Program-made: the position numbers and the translations under genes | Shown here: positions 56,401-62,444 of the stretch, piece by piece | How the letters are laid out: every line of letters begins with the position of its first letter | Position numbering within the stretch: position 1 is the first letter of the stretch | Notes under the pieces: generated by a model | Told to the model about the DNA's origin: nothing | Seen by the model: only the letters and a program-made list of their open reading frames with translations | Databases searched by the model: none | IMG/VR virus record: IMGVR_UViG_3300042503_001282 | Location: 1-62,444 of that record | Source of the DNA: a virus | Taxonomy: Duplodnaviria; Caudoviricetes | Direction: 5' to 3' (one strand) | Length of the DNA: 62,444 nucleotides

Positions 56401-56422
56401 AGAATGAGATTGAAGGAGCATC

Positions 56423-58009
56423 ATGGATTTTAATTTCTTTGGCTGGAACCTAAAGAAGACCAAAAAAGAAAAAGAGCAAAAGAGCATTCAATCGTTTGTT
56501 CTTCCTGAGAATCAAGACGGTGCAGTAACAGTTGAAGGTGTTGCTGGTGCGTATGGTGCATACATCGATTTCGATGCTACCGTAAAGAACGAGTTTGAGC
56601 TTGTCACTCGTTACCGTGAACTTTCTCTCTTACCTGAAGTTGACTTCGCAATCGACGACATCGTAAACGAAATGATCGTCATCGACAGTCAAAACGAATC
56701 TGTCGAGATTAACCTCTCAAACGTCAAGACATCAGCTACCGTTAAGAAAGCTATTGAGAAAGAGTTTGATAACATTCTCTCACTTCTCGACTGGAACAAC
56801 CAAGCATACGAACTTGTCAAGAAGTGGTATGTAGACGGTCGTTTGTTTCATCACCTTATTATCGATGAGAGCAATCCATCAAAAGGTATTCAAGAGCTTC
56901 GGTACATTGATCCACGACAAATCAGAAAGGTTCGTGAGGTACAAAAAGACATCGATGGAGACTCTGGTGTTGAACTCGTTAAAATCATCGATGAGTACTA
57001 CACATACAACTCACGTGGTATCACCTACAATTCAGCTACCGCATACTCATCAATCAACGTAGTTGGTGGCGTCAAGATTAAACCAGACTGTATCTGCTAC
57101 ACTCACAGTGGTGTTGTTGATACGTACTCTGCGTCTGTTCTTTCAAATCTTCACAAAGCAATCAAGCCAATCAATCAGCTCAAGATGATGGAAGATGCGA
57201 TGGTGATCTATCGTATTGCTCGTGCACCAGAACGACGAATTTTCTACGTTGATGTTGGTAGTATGCCAAAGTCGAAAGCTGATGATTACCTTCGCTCGGT
57301 AATGAATCGGTATCGCAACAGACTTCAATACAACATCGAAACTGGTGAGATGAAAGATGAGCGACGATTCATGTCGATGCTTGAAGACTACTGGCTTCCA
57401 CGACGTGAAGGTTCTCAAGGCACCTCAATCGAAACCTTACCTGGTGGCGAAAACCTTGGTGAAATGGCTGACGTTGAATACTTTCAGAAAGCAGTCTACA
57501 GAGCATTGAACGTGCCAATCTCTCGACTCGATGCATCAAACGGGTTTCAGTTAGGTAAAGCTGCTGAGATTTCTCGTGATGAGATCAAGTTCTCAAAGTT
57601 CATCACCAGACTTCGCATTCGATTCAGTCACCTCTTTGATGAGCTTCTGAAGAAGCAACTCGTACTGAAGAAGGTCATTAATCCCGACGAGTGGACCACC
57701 ATCAAAAATGGAATCAAGTACAAGTTCAACACCGACAATCACTTCGCTGAATTGAAAGAAGCAGAGATCATGAAGAGTCGTTTAGAGGTTCTTGCACAGA
57801 TTGATACCTACTCCGGTAAGTACTTCTCATCTAAGTACATCAAAGAACATATTCTCAAACAGACCGAAGATGAACAACGTGAGATTGAGAAGCAGATGAA
57901 AGAAGATGGACTCGAACCAACAGTAGGACCAGTAGATCAGATCGGCATGGAAACTGACCCATCACAAGATGGTGAAGACACCGATGTGGAAGACGATTTG
58001 ATGATGTGA
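56423..58009 (+). CDS. gp20: portal protein
   Basis: WYVDGR; IYRIARAPERRIFYVDVG; EDYWLPRREG. Confidence 0.97.
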   Translation: MDFNFFGWNLKKTKKEKEQKSIQSFVLPENQDGAVTVEGVAGAYGAYIDFDATVKNEFELVTRYRELSLLPEVDFAIDDIVNEMIVIDSQNESVEINLSNVKTSATVKKAIEKEFDNILSLLDWNNQAYELVKKWYVDGRLFHHLIIDESNPSKGIQELRYIDPRQIRKVREVQKDIDGDSGVELVKIIDEYYTYNSRGITYNSATAYSSINVVGGVKIKPDCICYTHSGVVDTYSASVLSNLHKAIKPINQLKMMEDAMVIYRIARAPERRIFYVDVGSMPKSKADDYLRSVMNRYRNRLQYNIETGEMKDERRFMSMLEDYWLPRREGSQGTSIETLPGGENLGEMADVEYFQKAVYRALNVPISRLDASNGFQLGKAAEISRDEIKFSKFITRLRIRFSHLFDELLKKQLVLKKVINPDEWTTIKNGIKYKFNTDNHFAELKEAEIMKSRLEVLAQIDTYSGKYFSSKYIKEHILKQTEDEQREIEKQMKEDGLEPTVGPVDQIGMETDPSQDGEDTDVEDDLMM

Positions 58010-58040
58010 TAAATAATTAGTGGAAACTTAGGAGTTAATT

Positions 58041-58214
58041 ATGGCTAAAAACAAGAAACCAGTAAAAAATGCAATAGAGTCTGCTCAGAATGGCGATGCA
58101 GTTTCTTTGAGAAAGCATATCAAAGAAGCGTTGTACCAGAAGATCAAGACAGCTCTTGCTAAGAAAGAGAAAGAGATTGCAAAATCTTTCTTGAATAGTC
58201 AGGGAAATAACTAA
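58041..58214 (+). CDS. small prohead core protein (gp67-position, 57 aa, not in ORF track)
   Basis: AGGAG SD; GATAAATA at 58008; helical; lies between portal and protease. Confidence 0.7.
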   Translation: MAKNKKPVKNAIESAQNGDAVSLRKHIKEALYQKIKTALAKKEKEIAKSFLNSQGNN

Positions 58215-58215
58215 C

Positions 58216-58875
58216 ATGAAACTCATTTGCGAAATCACAGAAGAGATCAAGGTCATTAAAGAAGAAGCTGATAACGCAGCTAAGAACTACTTTATTGAAG
58301 GCATCTTTCTTCAAGCAGAATTGAAGAACAGAAACGGTCGCATGTACCCACAAGAGATGCTTCAGCGTGAGATCACTCGCTATAATGAAGAGTACGTTGC
58401 GAAGAAGCGAGCGTTTGGTGAGCTTGGACATCCAGATGGACCGACCATCAACCTTGATCGTGTATCGCACATGATTACAGACCTTCGTGCTGAAGGTGCA
58501 AACTTCATTGGTAAAGCTAAGATTCTCGACACACCAAATGGCAAGATCGTTAAAGCTCTCATCGACGAAGGTGCACAGCTTGGTGTTTCTTCTCGTGGAA
58601 TGGGCTCTATCAGAACTGAAGGTGTAGACATTCAAGTTGTGCAAGACGATTTCTACCTTGCGACTGCTGCTGATATTGTTGCTGACCCATCTGCACCAGA
58701 CGCTTTCGTGAACGGAATCATGGAAGGTAAAGAGTGGGTGTGGAACAACGGTATTCTCCAAGAACGAGATGTATCGCAACTCAAGAGTCGAATCAAGAAA
58801 GCACCAAAGAAAGAGATCAAGAAGGTAACTATCGAAGCTTTCGAAGCGTTCATGAAGAAGCTCGAAGGAAAGTAA
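58216..58875 (+). CDS. gp21: prohead protease
   Basis: NRNGRMYP; GELGHP; LGVSSRGMGS; DIVADPSAPDAFV. Confidence 0.97.
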   Translation: MKLICEITEEIKVIKEEADNAAKNYFIEGIFLQAELKNRNGRMYPQEMLQREITRYNEEYVAKKRAFGELGHPDGPTINLDRVSHMITDLRAEGANFIGKAKILDTPNGKIVKALIDEGAQLGVSSRGMGSIRTEGVDIQVVQDDFYLATAADIVADPSAPDAFVNGIMEGKEWVWNNGILQERDVSQLKSRIKKAPKKEIKKVTIEAFEAFMKKLEGK

Positions 58876-58888
58876 TATCCATTCTCTG

Positions 58889-58896
58889 TATAAATA
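58889..58896 (+). promoter_or_regulatory. T4-type late promoter
   Basis: TATAAATA. Confidence 0.8.
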
Positions 58897-58955
58897 CAGA
58901 GATATTGTTATGATGCACTGTCAACATTATTTTATACGAACGAAGGATATGGCAT

Positions 58956-59405
58956 ATGCCAAATACACTATACGATAAAGCTAGAGAAGCTTTTCTCAAT
59001 GGCGAGATTAAGTGGTCTGGTGTTGGTTCTGACGAGATTCGAGTAGCACTTGTAACCAGCGCATACACACCAGATATTGCTAACCACGTTACCCTCAGTC
59101 AAGTCAAAGATTCACAGAACAGAACTGCAATTCTCCAAAAATCGGTACCTCTCGAAAACAAGACTTCTGACAAGGGTGTTGCTGATGCGAGCGATGTGAC
59201 ATTCAGCACAGCTAATGCGAACACTGCGGTACCTGCTGGTGAAGTTAAAGCGATAGTAATCTATCAAGCAGGTCCAACAGAATCAACTTCCAAATTGATT
59301 GCATACCTCGACCAGATCAACGGCTTACCAATCAACACCACGTCTAGTGCAACTGACCTCACAATTCACTGGGACAACGGTACAAATAAGATATTTAAGT
59401 TATAG
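58956..59405 (+). CDS. virion structural/decoration protein
   Basis: LYDKAREAFLNG...IRVALV...GVADASDVTF...LIAYLD...IFKL, a pattern I associate with phage minor structural proteins. Confidence 0.65.
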   Translation: MPNTLYDKAREAFLNGEIKWSGVGSDEIRVALVTSAYTPDIANHVTLSQVKDSQNRTAILQKSVPLENKTSDKGVADASDVTFSTANANTAVPAGEVKAIVIYQAGPTESTSKLIAYLDQINGLPINTTSSATDLTIHWDNGTNKIFKL

Positions 59406-59407
59406 GT

Positions 59408-59752
59408 ATGACTCTCGATTTGAGAAACACATACATCAAACAGCCATCTGAACAGATTCCGATTGACATCAATTTTGGAGCTCTTCACGTACTCCCTAAG
59501 GGAGCTAAAGAGATTCTATCAGGTAGTCTCTCTGCAACTAAATGGAAACGCACCATACCCGAAGAGGTAAGCGATGCACCTGAGATATTAGTTTCGACAA
59601 CACCAGAAATACTTCCACCAACGAGGTGTAAGGTGAGATTCCACATTAAAAATGGAATCGACGGCTACAACTATCAAGTGACTCTTCGAGTGACGTTTGA
59701 TAATGGAGCAAAGTTGGAAGAAGAGGTACACGTTCGAGTTGTTGAAAGGTAA
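59408..59752 (+). CDS. fibre-tail adaptor-like beta-sandwich protein
   Basis: KQPSEQIPIDINF...GIDGYNYQVTLRVT...LEEEVHVRV. Confidence 0.6.
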   Translation: MTLDLRNTYIKQPSEQIPIDINFGALHVLPKGAKEILSGSLSATKWKRTIPEEVSDAPEILVSTTPEILPPTRCKVRFHIKNGIDGYNYQVTLRVTFDNGAKLEEEVHVRVVER

Positions 59753-59763
59753 ATTGGCAATTT

Positions 59764-59771
59764 TATAAATA
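59764..59771 (+). promoter_or_regulatory. T4-type late promoter
   Basis: TATAAATA. Confidence 0.8.
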
Positions 59772-59814
59772 ACTGTAAACCCACAATGGATTTTTACAAC
59801 CAGGAGTAATTACA

Positions 59815-61044
59815 ATGACGACTAAGAAAAAGCTTTTGAAGACCATTCGTGAAAGTGCTGAGGCTGATCTTCCGACTCATCCTTCAGATGCGTCGAATGA
59901 AACTCCCGATACTCTTGCATCAAAGGGTGCTCGTGCTGTTAAGCCCGAAGTTGATGCTGTGAAGGCTGCACTTGCTAGTAAGCCAGGAAGCACAAAGACT
60001 GTTGCTTCTGAAGAGACTGAAGACGAGATGAAGGCAGAGAGTGCTGATGACGATCTCCCAACAAGTGCGTCTGATGCTAAGGCAACTATTCCAGAAGAAG
60101 CTGATGAAGATGAGCTTCACGAGGAAGAAGATGAAGATCACATCGCCGAAGAGGAAGAAGACGAGAAGAAGGCTGTCGCTGAAGAGGAAGAAGACGAGCT
60201 TCACGAGGAAGAAGATGAAGATCACGTCACTGAAGAAGACGAAGATGAGATGAAGCTTTCTGAAGAGGAAGAAGAAAAGCTCTCTGAAGAAGAAGAAGAA
60301 GACGTTAAAGAAGCTGCTGATGCTCTTACAAAGGACGAGAATCTTCCAGAATCATTTAAGGCTAAAGTTGCTTCGATTTTTGAAGCTGCCGTTAAGCGCA
60401 CTGCAAAACGCAGAGCAGAAGCTCATCGTGCTAAGTTAGCCGAAGCTTACAGCAAGAAGCTTGCTGCTAAGAAGAAAACAATTTCAGAAACCCTTGTCAA
60501 TAAAGTTGATGGTTATCTCGACTATGTTGTAGAGGAGTGGATGAAAGAAAATGAAGTGGCAATCGAAACTGCTGTTCGTTCAGACATTACAGAGAAATTC
60601 ATTGTAGGTTTGAAGAACTTGTTCGAGAGTCACTATATTGAGGTTCCTGCTGAGAAAGCTGATGTTATCACACAGCAGGAAAAGAAGATCGTTGCACTTG
60701 AGAGAGAACTTAACGAAGAGCTTGTGAAGAGCGTTGAACTTCGTAAAGAGAACATCAATCTCAAGCGAGCAAATATCATCAAGAAGCACACCGAAGGATT
60801 GACTGTTAGCGATGCTGCTAAGTTCACCGATCTCTGTGAAGGGGTATCGTTTGAGACAGCAAAAGCTTTCAGCCAGAAGCTACAGGTAATTAAGGAAACT
60901 TATTTCCCGAAGAGCCCTCGAAATTCTGGTGACTTGGACGCTTCTTTATTGACTGAAGGCGGTTTGGATCATATCGAGTCACGACCAGTGCAGACTGAGG
61001 TTGACATCTATGCTCAGACCATTTCGAGAATGGTGAAAAGATAA
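59815..61044 (+). CDS. gp22: prohead core scaffold protein
   Basis: FKAKVASIFEAAV; KVDGYLDYVVEEWMKENEVAIE; IKETYF; acidic N-terminal region. Confidence 0.95.
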   Translation: MTTKKKLLKTIRESAEADLPTHPSDASNETPDTLASKGARAVKPEVDAVKAALASKPGSTKTVASEETEDEMKAESADDDLPTSASDAKATIPEEADEDELHEEEDEDHIAEEEEDEKKAVAEEEEDELHEEEDEDHVTEEDEDEMKLSEEEEEKLSEEEEEDVKEAADALTKDENLPESFKAKVASIFEAAVKRTAKRRAEAHRAKLAEAYSKKLAAKKKTISETLVNKVDGYLDYVVEEWMKENEVAIETAVRSDITEKFIVGLKNLFESHYIEVPAEKADVITQQEKKIVALERELNEELVKSVELRKENINLKRANIIKKHTEGLTVSDAAKFTDLCEGVSFETAKAFSQKLQVIKETYFPKSPRNSGDLDASLLTEGGLDHIESRPVQTEVDIYAQTISRMVKR

Positions 61045-61106
61045 TAATGCTAAATAATGGATAGAAAACTTTTAGGGTATATCGTTTAATTTTAAGGAGA
61101 ACGAAG

Positions 61107-62384
61107 ATGTATCTCACTGATGAACTTCAAAAGAAATGGCAGAAGGTCCTTGATCACCCAGAACTACCTGCGGTGAAGGACTCTCACAAGAGGGCGGTAC
61201 TCACTGTTCTTCTTGAAAACCAAGAGAACGAGGCTCGTAAAGAGCGTGGTATTATCACCGAGGCAGTTCCTGCTAACCGTGGTGGTCTCTCAACTCAAAC
61301 AACCGATGCAAGCGGAACTGGAAATGCAAACGTACAGGCATATGACCCTGTTCTCATTTCTCTTCTCCGTCGTGCACTTCCAAACCTTGTAGCTTTCGAC
61401 ATTTGCGGTGTTCAACCGATGAAGGCGCCAACTGGTCTCATCTTTGCGATGAAGTCCCGTTACAGCACACAGGGTGGAGCTGAAGCACTTTTCGACGAAG
61501 CTAATACTGCACACTCCGGAACAGGAACCCATGCTGGTGATCCTTTCTCTGGTACTGCTGGTACTGGTCTCACTTCAACTGCTGGTGAAGCACTTGGAAC
61601 TGGAGCACCTGCTGGTAACTTCGCAGAGATGGCTTTCTCAATCGAGAAGGTTTCTGTAGAAGCTAAGACTCGTGCCCTCAAGGCAGAATACACGATGGAG
61701 CTTGCTCAAGACCTTCGTGCTGTTCATGGTCTTGATGCTGAGACAGAGCTTGCTAACATTCTTTCTGCTGAGATTCTTGCAGAGATCAACCGTGAGGTTG
61801 TTCGTACTGTGTTCAACAGCGCAAAGACTGGTGCAGCTACTACAAACACACCTGGTACTTTTGACCTTGACGTTGATTCTAACGGTCGTTGGTCTGTAGA
61901 GAAGTACAAGGGTCTCATGGTTCAGATCGAGCGTGAAGCCAATGCGATTGCGAAGGATACTCGTCGTGGTCGTGGTAACATTCTCATTTGCGATAGCGAT
62001 ACCGCAAGTGCATTGAGTGTTGCTGGTCTTCTTGATTGCGGATCTGCACTCAAGGATTCTCTCTCTGTAGACGATACTGGAAATACTTTCGTAGGTGTTC
62101 TCAACGGACGCTTCAAGGTATACATTGACCCATATGCTACTAGCAACTTCTTGGTTGCTGGATTCAAGGGTGCAAACCAGTACGATGCTGGATTGTTCTA
62201 CTGCCCATACGTTCCACTCCAAATGGTTCGTGCTGTTCACCAGGACAGCTTCCAACCAAAGATTGGATTCAAGACTCGTTACGGGCTTGTGGCTAATCCT
62301 TTTGCTAATGATACGGTAACTGGTGCTCTCAACAATGGTGAGAACCGCTACTACCGTAAGATTACTATCGAGAACCTTCTCTAA
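61107..62384 (+). CDS. gp23: major capsid protein
   Basis: CGVQPMKAPTGLIFAM; RALKAEYTMELAQDL; FYCPYVPL; FQPKIGFKTRYG; IITE-A processing site; CTAAATA at 61050. Confidence 0.98.
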   Translation: MYLTDELQKKWQKVLDHPELPAVKDSHKRAVLTVLLENQENEARKERGIITEAVPANRGGLSTQTTDASGTGNANVQAYDPVLISLLRRALPNLVAFDICGVQPMKAPTGLIFAMKSRYSTQGGAEALFDEANTAHSGTGTHAGDPFSGTAGTGLTSTAGEALGTGAPAGNFAEMAFSIEKVSVEAKTRALKAEYTMELAQDLRAVHGLDAETELANILSAEILAEINREVVRTVFNSAKTGAATTNTPGTFDLDVDSNGRWSVEKYKGLMVQIEREANAIAKDTRRGRGNILICDSDTASALSVAGLLDCGSALKDSLSVDDTGNTFVGVLNGRFKVYIDPYATSNFLVAGFKGANQYDAGLFYCPYVPLQMVRAVHQDSFQPKIGFKTRYGLVANPFANDTVTGALNNGENRYYRKITIENLL

Positions 62385-62412
62385 TTCGTTAGAGATTTCT
62401 CAGTAATCCAAG

Positions 62413-62439
62413 AAAAAGGGTCCTTCGGGACCCTTTTTT
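62413..62439 (+). terminator. rho-independent terminator
   Basis: AAAAAGGGTCC-TTCG-GGACCCTTTTTT. Confidence 0.9.
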
Positions 62440-62444
62440 GTGGC

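Noticed and set aside
51610-62384. Introns, inteins or homing endonucleases in core genes
   Set aside because: gp17, gp18, gp20 and gp23 are continuous, with no splicing or HNH/LAGLIDADG/GIY-YIG motifs
1-62444. Stop-codon reassignment and tRNA genes
   Set aside because: Core genes are intact in the standard code and end at TAA, TAG or TGA; no cloverleaf with a T-loop was seen in intergenic gaps

Overview
This is a 62.4 kb fragment of a large T4-like myovirus genome, almost entirely + strand, standard genetic code. Positions ~1-16,970 are an accessory/early region of short hypothetical ORFs driven by sigma70-type promoters. It also holds two signal-peptide-bearing proteases (M12B metzincin and S8 subtilase), an orphan serine-recombinase DNA-binding domain, AT-hook and histone-H1-like proteins, a candidate tandem-pseudoknot ncRNA, repeat/palindrome elements, and several ORFs that look like capsid-packaged internal proteins. 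Positions ~16,990-62,440 are the virion module under T4-type late promoters (TATAAATA and variants): gp5, gp25, gp6, gp7-like, gp8, a 3154-aa structural protein, five modular fibre genes, a holin, gp13-gp21, two inserted structural genes, gp22 and gp23. All family calls come from motifs and synteny read by eye; no searches were run. I found no complete novel multi-gene system that I can prove. The best candidates are the tandem-pseudoknot RNA, the secreted protease pair, the leaderless late internal-protein set and the shared-module fibre/decoration kit.
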